Source: a virus
Taxonomy: Duplodnaviria > Caudoviricetes
Direction: 5' to 3' (one strand)
Length of the DNA stretch: 52,670 nt
Virus record (IMG/VR): IMGVR_UViG_3300034068_000720
Location: 1 to 52,670 of that record
In this document: positions 36,282 through 45,652 of the stretch, one piece after another
How positions within the stretch are numbered: position 1 is the first letter of the stretch
How the letters are laid out: every line of letters begins with the position of its first letter
The notes under the pieces: model-generated
Database searches by the model: none
What the model saw: the letters and a program-made list of their open reading frames with translations, nothing else
What the model was told of the DNA's origin: nothing
Program-made: the position numbers and the translations under genes

Positions 36282-36369
36282 GGAGCATTGGCCGACCGGT
36301 TAAGGCAACAGATTGCTAATCTGTCACTGCGTAAGTGGTGAGTAGGTTCGATTCCTACATGCTCCGCCA
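36282..36369 (+). tRNA. tRNA-Ser(GCT)
   Basis: Loop TTGCTAA, variable arm, CCA. Confidence 0.93.
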
Positions 36370-36393
36370 ATTTTTACAACCAGAAAGACTCAG

Positions 36394-36549
36394 ATGATTA
36401 AACCAGGCAAAACATTCAAACTTAGCAAATCAACCAAGCGCATGATGTGCAGTATTGTTGACACTAAATCTCGCAATCAATACAAAGCAATGATGATTCA
36501 AGCCGAGCTTGCTGCCAATGTTATCATCAAACGCGAACCACGCAAGTAA
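36394..36549 (+). CDS. Small basic hypothetical protein (51 aa)
   Basis: MIKPGKTFKLSKSTKRMM..MIQAELA. Confidence 0.6.
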   Translation: MIKPGKTFKLSKSTKRMMCSIVDTKSRNQYKAMMIQAELAANVIIKREPRK

Positions 36550-36581
36550 TTTTCTACACAGGGGTTAGTTGATTGAATTAT

Positions 36582-36656
36582 CTGGCGTTAGTACAATGGA
36601 TAGTACATAGAGCTTCTACCTCTAGAATGTGGGTTCGATTCCTGCACGCCGGACCA
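36582..36656 (+). tRNA. tRNA-Arg(TCT)
   Basis: Loop CTTCTAC, CCA. Confidence 0.92.
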
Positions 36657-37514
36657 ATACTTTTAGTTTTGTTGGCCACGTTAACTGTACAAGCAAAACC
36701 CAAGACCAAAGCACCGCCTGCTCCTGAAGCACGAGCGGTGCTTCTTTTTGACCGCAAAACTGGCACTATAAAAGAAGACTTAAACATTCATGACGTTATG
36801 CCCATTGCTAGTGTAACTAAGTTGATGACTGTTTATGTTGTGTTAGAAAGCCGAGCAGACCTGGGAGAAAAAGTTACTGTTAAGGCACAGAAGTTTGAAG
36901 GTAGCCCGGTGCTTAGATCAGGGATGAAAATAACACGTGAAGAATTACTGTACCTGGCTCTCATATCCAGCGATAACCTTGCGTCTAAAATGCTAGCTGT
37001 TGCTCATCCACAAGGCTATGATGCCTTCATAGCAGAAATGAATGCTACAGCACAACGCTTGGGTATGCATAACACATCTTACATAGAGCCAAGTGGATTG
37101 TTTCCAAATAAAAGCACAGCCTGGGATTTGCATTTACTAAACACAGCAGTATCTAAGTATAGCATATTCCGGGAAGCCGCAATGAGTAAAACTTCCAAGC
37201 AAGACACACAAAATAAAAAGGGAATTTGGCAACGTATTGTTATTCGTAATACCAATGCCTTTGCAGGAGACTATGATATTGCAGTTGGAAAGACAGGGTT
37301 TACTAATCCTGCTGGTTGGTGTATTAGTATGCTAATCAAACATCAAGGACACGAGTTTGACCTCATTGTCCTTGGTAGCCCTAGCAAGAAAGTTCGTAAT
37401 GATTTAGTTGCTGTTAAATTGAAGAATCATATGAATTGGATCACTGCCAATGCTGTGATTAAGAAGATTGAAAACTTAGAAACACTAGAATACGACCTTC
37501 TTCCAGTACCTTAA
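36627..37514 (+). CDS. D-Ala-D-Ala carboxypeptidase/endopeptidase (peptidase S11)
   Basis: SxxK (SVTK), SxN (SDN), KTG; signal peptide; likely ATG inside tRNA-Arg(TCT). Confidence 0.9.
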   Translation: MWVRFLHAGPILLVLLATLTVQAKPKTKAPPAPEARAVLLFDRKTGTIKEDLNIHDVMPIASVTKLMTVYVVLESRADLGEKVTVKAQKFEGSPVLRSGMKITREELLYLALISSDNLASKMLAVAHPQGYDAFIAEMNATAQRLGMHNTSYIEPSGLFPNKSTAWDLHLLNTAVSKYSIFREAAMSKTSKQDTQNKKGIWQRIVIRNTNAFAGDYDIAVGKTGFTNPAGWCISMLIKHQGHEFDLIVLGSPSKKVRNDLVAVKLKNHMNWITANAVIKKIENLETLEYDLLPVP

Positions 37515-38191
37515 TCTTTAATGAATCTAGCAATCCTGGCCCAGGGTTCTTGATATCGTACAGTCATGATAAGTCTGGGTTTCTTTTCATCCCAGTTAAT
37601 GGCATGCAACACATCAGTTCTGACAAAACTTGCGTATTCATTGAACTTGGTAAGATTAGAGCAACGATATTCAGGTTCCCCAGCAGTTTCCCAACGCTCT
37701 TCCATGCTTCCACCGCGAACCTGAATGCGTTTTGACATTGTGCCTGGCGGTGCATTTGGCCTTGGAAATTCAATAACATGTAGTCTATTGTCAGTTATAT
37801 GATCCTTAATATCCCACCAAACCATTTCTTGACTTTCATCGCCGTCTAACAATATGTTAAAACGAACTGGAACAGATACTTCAATGCCACGCAAGGTATC
37901 AATGTGTGGATTACCTCTAGGATCTGCTTTTGGGTTATCCACTTGCTTATAAATGAAAAATTGTATCACTGGATCCGATTGCAACCCAAATGGTGCCAGT
38001 TGTGCCAAAATTTCTTGCCACACAGCAGAATCATACCACTCTTGCATGTCTTCTCGAGGGAATTCAATCAATGCGGCATGTAATGGAGCATTTCGTTGAT
38101 AGTTGTCAACGATTGGCGCAGTTTTTTCTTTGAGCCATTGTAGGCCTTCTTCACTTAGTGAGAATGGAATTGTATGGTAAGGAATATTCAT
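37511..38191 (-). CDS. Fe/2OG oxygenase-like protein
   Basis: NPHID, RFNI, VLHAI, RLIMTVR; TAAATA-N5-ATG. Confidence 0.6.
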   Translation of the reverse strand: MNIPYHTIPFSLSEEGLQWLKEKTAPIVDNYQRNAPLHAALIEFPREDMQEWYDSAVWQEILAQLAPFGLQSDPVIQFFIYKQVDNPKADPRGNPHIDTLRGIEVSVPVRFNILLDGDESQEMVWWDIKDHITDNRLHVIEFPRPNAPPGTMSKRIQVRGGSMEERWETAGEPEYRCSNLTKFNEYASFVRTDVLHAINWDEKKPRLIMTVRYQEPWARIARFIKD

Positions 38192-38269
38192 AATTTTATT
38201 TATGTTTCAATTAGTACTTGACACCGCCTGATAAATAAAGTAAAATAGTTATATTATTTGGAGACTTTA

Positions 38270-38491
38270 ATGATTGTTCACATCAGCGTTGCTTTAAGCA
38301 AAGAGAATGGAAAATGGGTTGCACAATGGCAACCACAAGGTTGCGTAGGCGCAGTATTTAGATGCAACAATTGTACAGATTCAAATCATGAAATTCTGGC
38401 AAATCGTCGAGAGGAACTTGAGCGTAAACTCGACAAAGCATTGCGATTGGCATTCCCTAAAGCCAACTACATTATTCAACACCGTAAATGA
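38270..38491 (+). CDS. Hypothetical protein
   Basis: GGAG SD; TTGACA-17-TAAAAT promoter at 38218..38246. Confidence 0.6.
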   Translation: MIVHISVALSKENGKWVAQWQPQGCVGAVFRCNNCTDSNHEILANRREELERKLDKALRLAFPKANYIIQHRK

Positions 38492-40116
38492 TCTATCTAA
38501 TTAGCGATTTCCCAATGAATGCAGGTTCTAGGGCACTGGGTGCGTATAGAATTGCTACAGCACTACGACAGGCTGGATATGCAGTTGATGTCATTGACTT
38601 TTCATGTGTATGGTCTCCTGGAGAAGTGCTCGAATATATTAGAAAAGGTCCTCCACCAACTTGGATTGGTTTCAGCACTACATTCTCTGCACCCAAAGGC
38701 GGTGGCCGCCAAGCAACTGAAGCCTTAGATATAAATGATAATTTGACACGTTGGGGCAAAGCAGATAGATTTTTCTTCGAGCAAATCAAACAAATGGCAC
38801 CGGTTGTGATTGGCGGTGCTCGATCTACTAGACTAAAGTTCTTCTATAATGCTAATTATTTTCTGGCTGGCTATGGTGATACAGCAGTAATTGAGCTAAC
38901 CAAGTATATCACAGGCGAAACAGGTTCACTTAACTTTGTAGAAGAAGAAATTAAACCATTAACTGGATATTTTGACAAAAACTACACAGTTAAAACAATC
39001 AACTGCCAAGAAGCGTATCCAGTGGACACAGTGGACAATATTGTAACTGAATTTTTACCAGAAGACTTTATCCAGCAAGGTGAGGTCCTGCCTATTGAAA
39101 TTAGCCGTGGTTGTATTTTTAAGTGTTCGTTTTGTGCCTTTCCCTTAAACGGCAAAGCAAAGAACGATTACATCCGTCCCGAAGATCAATTAATTGCTGA
39201 CATTACAGAATATCAAACAAAATACAACAGCTATAATTACCTGTTGATGGATGACACATTTAACGACACCGTTGAAAAGATGGAAATGATGGTACGTGTG
39301 CAAAAAGCAGTACCAAAGCCATTTAACTTTTGGGCGTATGGTCGCCTAGACTTGTTGGCAAGTAGAAAAGACATGATTGACCTAATTGGTCCTGCTGGTT
39401 GGAAGTACTTTAGCTTTGGTGTTGAAACGTTCAATAAAAGTGCAGGGGCCAAGGTAGGCAAAGGTGGCAACATGGACAAGCAAAAAGATGCACTAGCCAC
39501 CATTAAAGAGAAGTACCCAGCTTCTTGGTTCCTGTTGGAAATGATTGTAGGGCTTCCTGGAGATACCGAAGCCACTGTATTAGAAAGCTTGAATTGGTTG
39601 ATTGAAAGACCAGATCTTTGGGATGAATTAAACTTTAAAGGACTTGGAATTAACAATCCCAAGTACTATACATGGACTAGTGAAATTTCAAAGGCCCCTG
39701 ACAAGTTTGGCATTACACTCAAGAACCCAAATACTACAAATGCTCAATGGGGATGGACGCATCCTACCATGGATGGGAGAGAAGTTGGACCATTGGTAAA
39801 TTATATCAGTGCAAAGTTAGAAGCTTATGCTCCAATTATTATTGGTAGTTTACCTGATCGCCACAAGTATCTACATCACCAGGCAGACATGCTGGGATTA
39901 ACTCATGATGTTATAACGGAACACTACGGTGGTAAAATGAATGTGGCCTGGTTCTTGACAACATACACAATGTATCATAATTACAAAGTTCAGAAATTAG
40001 CGTCACGAGGGCTCACAGCTAAAATAAATAGATTGACAGAAAAGGATTGGCAGCCCAGAGACTACGATGGGGAGGAATACTATCCTTTACCAATCCACCA
40101 GGCTACCATACTATGA
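38488..40116 (+). CDS. B12-binding-type radical SAM protein
   Basis: EISRGCIFKCSFC, DDTFND, FGVET, IVGLPG; N-terminal B12-binding-like domain. Confidence 0.9.
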   Translation: MIYLISDFPMNAGSRALGAYRIATALRQAGYAVDVIDFSCVWSPGEVLEYIRKGPPPTWIGFSTTFSAPKGGGRQATEALDINDNLTRWGKADRFFFEQIKQMAPVVIGGARSTRLKFFYNANYFLAGYGDTAVIELTKYITGETGSLNFVEEEIKPLTGYFDKNYTVKTINCQEAYPVDTVDNIVTEFLPEDFIQQGEVLPIEISRGCIFKCSFCAFPLNGKAKNDYIRPEDQLIADITEYQTKYNSYNYLLMDDTFNDTVEKMEMMVRVQKAVPKPFNFWAYGRLDLLASRKDMIDLIGPAGWKYFSFGVETFNKSAGAKVGKGGNMDKQKDALATIKEKYPASWFLLEMIVGLPGDTEATVLESLNWLIERPDLWDELNFKGLGINNPKYYTWTSEISKAPDKFGITLKNPNTTNAQWGWTHPTMDGREVGPLVNYISAKLEAYAPIIIGSLPDRHKYLHHQADMLGLTHDVITEHYGGKMNVAWFLTTYTMYHNYKVQKLASRGLTAKINRLTEKDWQPRDYDGEEYYPLPIHQATIL

Positions 40117-40907
40117 TTTACGCACCAGTACTAGAGAAACCAGTTTTAGAACTTGATCAGTTTTTTGATTTAACTGATTTTGAAGAATTATCACAACGAA
40201 TAAAATTTGCTGTAGTAAAGACACGCCACCAATTTGGCATTGGAATATCTGGGCCATCAACTCCGGGACTAGTAACATGGTTACCTGAAGATGGCTTCCT
40301 AGAAGCTGGTGATGCTAGAGTCCTAGTTGAAAATTATTTTAATCTAGCTTCAACCCCTCAGTGGGAAAAAGATGAGTGGGCCAAGTTGCGATTTGACGAG
40401 CAGTTGTTTTTTACATTAATGTCACATCCAGCCAAGACTCTTTGTACCGCCTTGCCAATTAGAAGATTACGCACAGGTGCCGGTAACTCAGGCAAGTTTC
40501 ACTTAAAGCATTTAGCAAGCGAAACAGAAGATGCTCCAGCACGTGAGCATTATGAGTTTGTGATGGACTGGATTGCCAAACAAAATGTATTTGAAGAAAT
40601 TGGTCGGGTACAATTCTTCATTAATACTGATGGACATGGTACACCAATACATCGTGATTATGCTGACCATTCAAGACAGGACCAATTCATCTGGATTGGA
40701 TTTTTTGACAACAAGAAGTTCTTTGTTTACGACAGTGACACAAAAGAAAAACATTATGTGCAAGGACGAATTGCTACATTTGATAACCATCAATGGCACG
40801 GTGGTGAACCTAGCGCAGGAATGGGTGTGAGTTTACGAATTGATGGCAAATTCAACCAAGACTTCCTAAATAAAACTAATTTAAAGAATTACGTTAAAAA
40901 CTCTTGA
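40113..40907 (+). CDS. Fe/2OG oxygenase-like protein, paralog of 3501..4235
   Basis: PIHRD, QWHGG, SLRIDGKF. Confidence 0.6.
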   Translation: MIYAPVLEKPVLELDQFFDLTDFEELSQRIKFAVVKTRHQFGIGISGPSTPGLVTWLPEDGFLEAGDARVLVENYFNLASTPQWEKDEWAKLRFDEQLFFTLMSHPAKTLCTALPIRRLRTGAGNSGKFHLKHLASETEDAPAREHYEFVMDWIAKQNVFEEIGRVQFFINTDGHGTPIHRDYADHSRQDQFIWIGFFDNKKFFVYDSDTKEKHYVQGRIATFDNHQWHGGEPSAGMGVSLRIDGKFNQDFLNKTNLKNYVKNS

Positions 40908-40937
40908 CTATGCCTTTGACTTATGTTACAGTAAGCA

Positions 40938-41252
40938 ATGTCAAAAGATTCCTTACCACAGGGCAAGTGGCTTAAAAAGAAGACCGACTACTGGCTCTGC
41001 TACAAAAAGTTTCATATGTTCAGCGATGCTACTGGTAGTGATCACATTGCCCTACAGGCCGAACTTCGTAAGGCCATGCATGAAGCCGCAGAAGTATTAG
41101 AACAGCATGATATTCCTATTGCCAATATCTACTCTGAGAATGTGCTTGATCATAGAATGTACGATAATGTTTATCGTGTTGCTATAGGATTTGAATCTAA
41201 GGAAGATCTTGCGATGGCAAAGTTGGTGCTAAAGGCAGATGATTTTCAATGA
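40938..41252 (+). CDS. Hypothetical protein
   Basis: Open frame; ends FESKEDLAMAKL. Confidence 0.6.
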   Translation: MSKDSLPQGKWLKKKTDYWLCYKKFHMFSDATGSDHIALQAELRKAMHEAAEVLEQHDIPIANIYSENVLDHRMYDNVYRVAIGFESKEDLAMAKLVLKADDFQ

Positions 41253-41415
41253 TTGACCAACGTCTTTTTGGACATCTAGCAGACTTCAGGCTAGCTTTAG
41301 CAGGTAGAAAACACCAGCACTGACTACATGAAACAATCGTAGGCACATAAAATTCACACCTGGTACAAATTTCAAGTCGTCGTTGTCTTTCAGTTTCGGG
41401 TACACGTTCTAGCAT
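41197..41415 (-). CDS. Small Cys-rich protein (probable metal binding)
   Basis: RLEICTRC..CSQCWCF..K..CPKRRW; TAAATA upstream. Confidence 0.6.
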   Translation of the reverse strand: MLERVPETERQRRLEICTRCEFYVPTIVSCSQCWCFLPAKASLKSARCPKRRWSIIENHLPLAPTLPSQDLP

Positions 41416-41427
41416 AGGATATTTATT

Positions 41428-41685
41428 TTGAAAAGAGTATTATTAAAAACATTACCCTTAGGTGACCCAGATGATGTAGCAATATATGCGGCAGCCGCTG
41501 TGTATGATTGGACACAAAGACCAGATGGTCGGCAAGTTGTTGAACAATTTGGAATTACCACAGACAAAATGTACTGGACCAATGGGCCCATGTTGTCCTA
41601 CAGTATCACAATAGATATTTGGGCAGAAGTAGATTCAGAAACTGAAGTTTTATTAAGACTATCAGGCTTGCTGGTAGATAGATAA
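41428..41685 (+). CDS. Hypothetical protein
   Basis: GDPDDVAIYAA..W; TTG start. Confidence 0.55.
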   Translation: MKRVLLKTLPLGDPDDVAIYAAAAVYDWTQRPDGRQVVEQFGITTDKMYWTNGPMLSYSITIDIWAEVDSETEVLLRLSGLLVDR

Positions 41686-42345
41686 TATTAAGTGTGTGCG
41701 TAGCTTTTCAGTTTTGTCAACTTTTGTTGAAGGTGTGAGATTGAGTGCAGTATGATTTACATTGGTATCTAAAAACCAAACTCTGCAATCTGCAGGTAAA
41801 TGCACAGTTTTAATTTCGTATTCTTGTTCAACCATCATATAACAATATGGGGTTGTAGTTTCCACAATGTGATATCGTCCAATGCAATGTTCATCTTTGT
41901 GTAGGTTATACGAGCCACCTGGCGCCAAGGTCCCAGAGTGTATCCAACATATCTTGCCTGAACCAAACCTAGTTTGTGTATAGGCTTGAAGCTGATCTAG
42001 TATTTCTTTTATGTAACTATTTTGTACAATTGGGTGCATTTCAGTGTACTGAGCAGTTGATAGATTGTATTCCTGACGAATTAAAAACTCACCGTCGGAT
42101 ATTGAACCAACAAACTTTGATCGGATATCCCCCCACTTATCAATTATGCTTTGTGGAATGTTGGGTGGGTATGTTAAGCAAATGTTAGTCTTCTTGTTAA
42201 AACTATCAACTGCTTCTTTTGGACTGTAGCCAACAAAACTGTTGATTGCTTGCATTGCCTGTCGCAACTTGCCTAAGTCGATGGTTATGGGTACAGGTTC
42301 AATTTGACCCAGCACCTGATCATGCATTACAATTTTCTTAGCCAT
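41662..42345 (-). CDS. Asp/Asn beta-hydroxylase-like oxygenase
   Basis: YNLHKD, RYHI, HLPAD, NHTALN, RTHLI. Confidence 0.65.
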   Translation of the reverse strand: MAKKIVMHDQVLGQIEPVPITIDLGKLRQAMQAINSFVGYSPKEAVDSFNKKTNICLTYPPNIPQSIIDKWGDIRSKFVGSISDGEFLIRQEYNLSTAQYTEMHPIVQNSYIKEILDQLQAYTQTRFGSGKICWIHSGTLAPGGSYNLHKDEHCIGRYHIVETTTPYCYMMVEQEYEIKTVHLPADCRVWFLDTNVNHTALNLTPSTKVDKTEKLRTHLILSIYQQA

Positions 42346-42350
42346 GATTG

Positions 42351-43052
42351 TTAAGGCTGAGTATGGCGCTCTGCTTCATAAATGTCAAACGGATCATCGT
42401 ACACACTAAAAATAATATGCATTCGATAATTGTTAGCCTGCGGAGCCATATTAATAGCAGAGTGTAACTTACGAGTATCAAGCCGCCATAATCTACCATC
42501 AGCTGGAAGATGCGTCATTTCTAGCCCTGAATCATTTTCAGAAAACATATAAGAATAATTGTTCTCTATAATAGGTAAATGATACTTGAAGTGAGTATGT
42601 TGGTCTACGTGCAGTTTATAGCCAGAAAATGTATTCAGGTAGGCCAAGTATACACGAGTAACTGGATTGAGATTGGGAAATGCATTTGCATGGTGTTGCT
42701 TGACCTGTTCAATCACAGTTCCAACATATTTGTCAGCTATTTCTGCTCCAGTGATGTTAAAAGTAGATGTGTCTAAACCAATCTTGGCTGCTTCTTTGTC
42801 TCCCAGTGTCAATGGTCCAAGATATTTTGAAGTAACAGGATCATCAGGCCACTCACCTTTGGTTATTTCTAAGGCCTGCCCCTCCATGGGTGGATGAGTC
42901 AAGTTTACTCCTAGTTTAAAAACCCCTTCATAATTAAAGCTATCCTTAAATAAATCAAAATTTAAACTTTTGAATAGCCAGTCAATGTCTTGGCGTATTT
43001 GCCCAACGTCAAAGTAAATGTTGGGACACGGTGATATAGTTTTGGAAGTCAT
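42351..43052 (-). CDS. Asp/Asn beta-hydroxylase-like oxygenase (tandem paralog)
   Basis: YKLHVD, KYHLP, HLPADG, LHSAIN, RMHII; TAAATA-N5-ATG. Confidence 0.65.
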   Translation of the reverse strand: MTSKTISPCPNIYFDVGQIRQDIDWLFKSLNFDLFKDSFNYEGVFKLGVNLTHPPMEGQALEITKGEWPDDPVTSKYLGPLTLGDKEAAKIGLDTSTFNITGAEIADKYVGTVIEQVKQHHANAFPNLNPVTRVYLAYLNTFSGYKLHVDQHTHFKYHLPIIENNYSYMFSENDSGLEMTHLPADGRLWRLDTRKLHSAINMAPQANNYRMHIIFSVYDDPFDIYEAERHTQP

Positions 43053-43163
43053 ACCAATATTTATGTTCAAATTTCTGCGTATGTTGTCAACGAAATGCTG
43101 AGCTGTGGCGTTATATATGTATACAGACAATAATGTGTGTATAACAAACTTAAAGGAAATTTT

Positions 43164-43415
43164 ATGAAATTAGTATCCGCACTTGTCGCAACCATGTTTG
43201 CCGCTACAGCATTTGCCCAAGCACCTGCTGCCAAAAAAGAAGAAGCTAAAGTTGCCGCACCTGCACCAGCTGTAACTGCTCCTGCCGCACCAGCCGCACC
43301 TGCACCAGCTAAGGCTGAAGTTAAGAAGGACGAAAAGAAGCCTGCAAAAAGTGAGCCTGCTAAGAAAGAGCCAGCTAAAGCAGACGCAAAGCCAGCCGCT
43401 ACTCCAGCAAAGTAA
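43164..43415 (+). CDS. Secreted Ala/Pro/Lys-rich low-complexity protein
   Basis: AAGGA SD; signal peptide ending AFA. Confidence 0.75.
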   Translation: MKLVSALVATMFAATAFAQAPAAKKEEAKVAAPAPAVTAPAAPAAPAPAKAEVKKDEKKPAKSEPAKKEPAKADAKPAATPAK

Positions 43416-43644
43416 AATTGACTTAGAAGAAAGTGACCTTATAATAGACGATGAGGTCACTTTTGGTCGTAATCGACAAAGTGCAAAGTTTGGTGAGTTA
43501 GTAGATGAAGACTCTGAATTATCAGACCATGTAAAATTTAGATTATGGCTTGCACGTCAACTGGCTCTGGCCAAGTACAGGGAAACAAGGGGCTAAGGCT
43601 CCTGTTTCCTTTGATAAGTACAGTAAATACAAGGAGAGCATGTT

Positions 43645-44025
43645 ATGGCTTACAGCAATAAGGTAGTTGATCACTATGAAAATCCCCGGAATGTCGGATC
43701 TTTTGACAAGACTGATACTGATATTGGTACTGGTATGGTTGGCGCACCTGCTTGCGGCGACGTAATGAAATTACAAATAAAGGTTGATCATGATACAGGT
43801 ATTATTACAGATGCAAAATTTAAAACGTATGGCTGCGGATCGGCTATTGCAAGCTCGAGCCTCATTACGGAATGGGTCAAAGGAATGCACATCGACCAAG
43901 CCGGAGCAATCAAAAACTCCGACATTGCCGAAGAACTAGCACTACCCCCAGTTAAGATCCACTGTAGTATCCTAGCTGAAGATGCTATCAAGGCCGCAGT
44001 TGAAGATTACAAGAAAAAACACTAA
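43645..44025 (+). CDS. iscU: Fe-S cluster scaffold IscU
   Basis: DHYENPRNVG, APACGD, GCGSAIAS, LPPVKIHC. Confidence 0.97.
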   Translation: MAYSNKVVDHYENPRNVGSFDKTDTDIGTGMVGAPACGDVMKLQIKVDHDTGIITDAKFKTYGCGSAIASSSLITEWVKGMHIDQAGAIKNSDIAEELALPPVKIHCSILAEDAIKAAVEDYKKKH

Positions 44026-44345
44026 TGTTACAAGTTACTGAACCAGCCGCAAAGAAGATCCAAAGCATGTTGAGCCGACGTGGTTCAGGTGTTGGCATCA
44101 GACTTGGTGTTAAAACTACAGGTTGCTCTGGACTTGCTTATGTGTTAGAATACGTTGACGCACCGCAAACAGGTGATGAACACTTTGAGGCGTCAGGTTG
44201 CCAAATTTTTGTTGATCCTAAAAGTTGTGTGTACTTGCAAGGTTTAACTGTAGACTATGTCCGCAAAGGTTTACAAGAGGGGTTTGAATTTTTAAACCCC
44301 AACGAGCGAGATCGTTGTGGTTGCGGTGAAAGTTTTAGAGTTTAA
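44025..44345 (+). CDS. iscA: Fe-S cluster assembly protein IscA
   Basis: TTGCSG, NPN..CGCGESF. Confidence 0.95.
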   Translation: MLQVTEPAAKKIQSMLSRRGSGVGIRLGVKTTGCSGLAYVLEYVDAPQTGDEHFEASGCQIFVDPKSCVYLQGLTVDYVRKGLQEGFEFLNPNERDRCGCGESFRV

Positions 44346-44356
44346 AGGAAACTGTT

Positions 44357-44659
44357 ATGAAAAAGTTTATTACAATTTTAGTCTTGACGCTGTCTGCAAC
44401 CGCAGCCTTGGCCCAACACAATCATCATCGCCATCACTTCAATCACCATCGTCATCACTACTATGGTGGCAACAATTGGATGGCTCCCTTGATCATTGGT
44501 GGCTCAATTGGTTATATCTTGAACAGACCTGCTCCTGTTATAGTTGAACAACCTCCTGTGTACATTCAACCTCAGCCAGTAGTCCAACCACAATGCACTC
44601 GCTACATCTATCAAGATCAACACGGACAAACTATTCGGGAAGAAATTCGTTGCAATTAA
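44357..44659 (+). CDS. Secreted His/Pro-rich hypothetical protein
   Basis: Signal peptide, His run, glycine-zipper-like segment, PPVYIQP. Confidence 0.7.
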   Translation: MKKFITILVLTLSATAALAQHNHHRHHFNHHRHHYYGGNNWMAPLIIGGSIGYILNRPAPVIVEQPPVYIQPQPVVQPQCTRYIYQDQHGQTIREEIRCN

Positions 44660-44684
44660 AATCTAGTTCTGTTACAATAGAACT

Positions 44685-44933
44685 ATGCAAATAAACGAAC
44701 TTCACGAGATTGATCAACTGCTAGCGTATGTTGATCCAAAATACTATGACACCTTTTGCGATGTTTGGTACCAAGGTCTAGACGCCTACAAGGAATACCC
44801 GCACAGCTTGATCATAATGGCCAATGCTGTACTGAATCACTGGGACATTCCATTGTACGCAGAAGATGTATCTTGGTCTGACGCAGACAAGTGTTTTATT
44901 TGGCATTTCATTAAACAAAAAGGAACAGAATGA
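44685..44933 (+). CDS. Hypothetical protein
   Basis: Open frame coupled to clpP. Confidence 0.6.
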   Translation: MQINELHEIDQLLAYVDPKYYDTFCDVWYQGLDAYKEYPHSLIIMANAVLNHWDIPLYAEDVSWSDADKCFIWHFIKQKGTE

Positions 44934-45550
44934 GTTTAGTACCAATGGTCGTTGAAAAGAGCGGCACAGGCGAGCGAGCATATGACATCTACAGTCGCTT
45001 GCTCAAAGAACGTATTGTCATGCTGGAAGGTGAAGTCACTGACCAAATGGCAAATTTGATTGTTGCCCAGTTGCTTTATCTTGAAGCAGAGAATCCTGAA
45101 AAAGACATCAGCTTGTTTATCAACAGTCCGGGCGGAAGCGTTACAGCAGGCTTGGCCATCTATGATACCATGCAGTTTATTAGACCTGACATCAGCACCT
45201 ACGTCATGGGGCAAGCGGCCAGTATGGGTAGCTTCTTGGCACAAGCAGGTGCCGCAGGCAAGCGTTTTGTTCTGCCAGAGAGTCGCACAATGATTCATCG
45301 TGTTAGCTCAGGCACACGTGGCACCAGTGGATCTATTCACGTACAAGATCTACAATTTGAAGATGCCAAACGTAGCTTTGAAGAAGCACAACGTATCAAC
45401 CGGCGCCTGACAGAATTGTATGTGCGTCATAATACAGCAGGCAAAACATATGACGAATTGTTTGCCACTATGAAGTTTGACACCTTCCTAAGTTCTGACG
45501 AAGCAGTTGCTTATGGCTTGGCTGACAAGGTTATGACCAAAAGAGTTTGA
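44930..45550 (+). CDS. clpP: ClpP protease subunit
   Basis: [28 protein letters not shown]. Confidence 0.95.
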   Translation: MSLVPMVVEKSGTGERAYDIYSRLLKERIVMLEGEVTDQMANLIVAQLLYLEAENPEKDISLFINSPGGSVTAGLAIYDTMQFIRPDISTYVMGQAASMGSFLAQAGAAGKRFVLPESRTMIHRVSSGTRGTSGSIHVQDLQFEDAKRSFEEAQRINRRLTELYVRHNTAGKTYDELFATMKFDTFLSSDEAVAYGLADKVMTKRV

Positions 45551-45569
45551 TGTAACAATTAAACAACAC

Positions 45570-45596
45570 AAAAGGATCTAAGGGTCCTTTTTCTTT
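45570..45596 (+). terminator. Intrinsic terminator
   Basis: AAAAGGATCT-AA-GGGTCCTTTTT. Confidence 0.65.
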
Positions 45597-45652
45597 GACC
45601 TTTTTTAAAAACTGTGTTATACTACACACTTATCAATTTACTCGAGGTAAAC

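Noticed and set aside
28884-45550. Window as bacterial chromosome because of ahpC, fpr, iscU and clpP
   Set aside because: These genes are out of their usual operon context and sit among phage-type hypothetical genes, tRNA arrays and T4-like late motifs.
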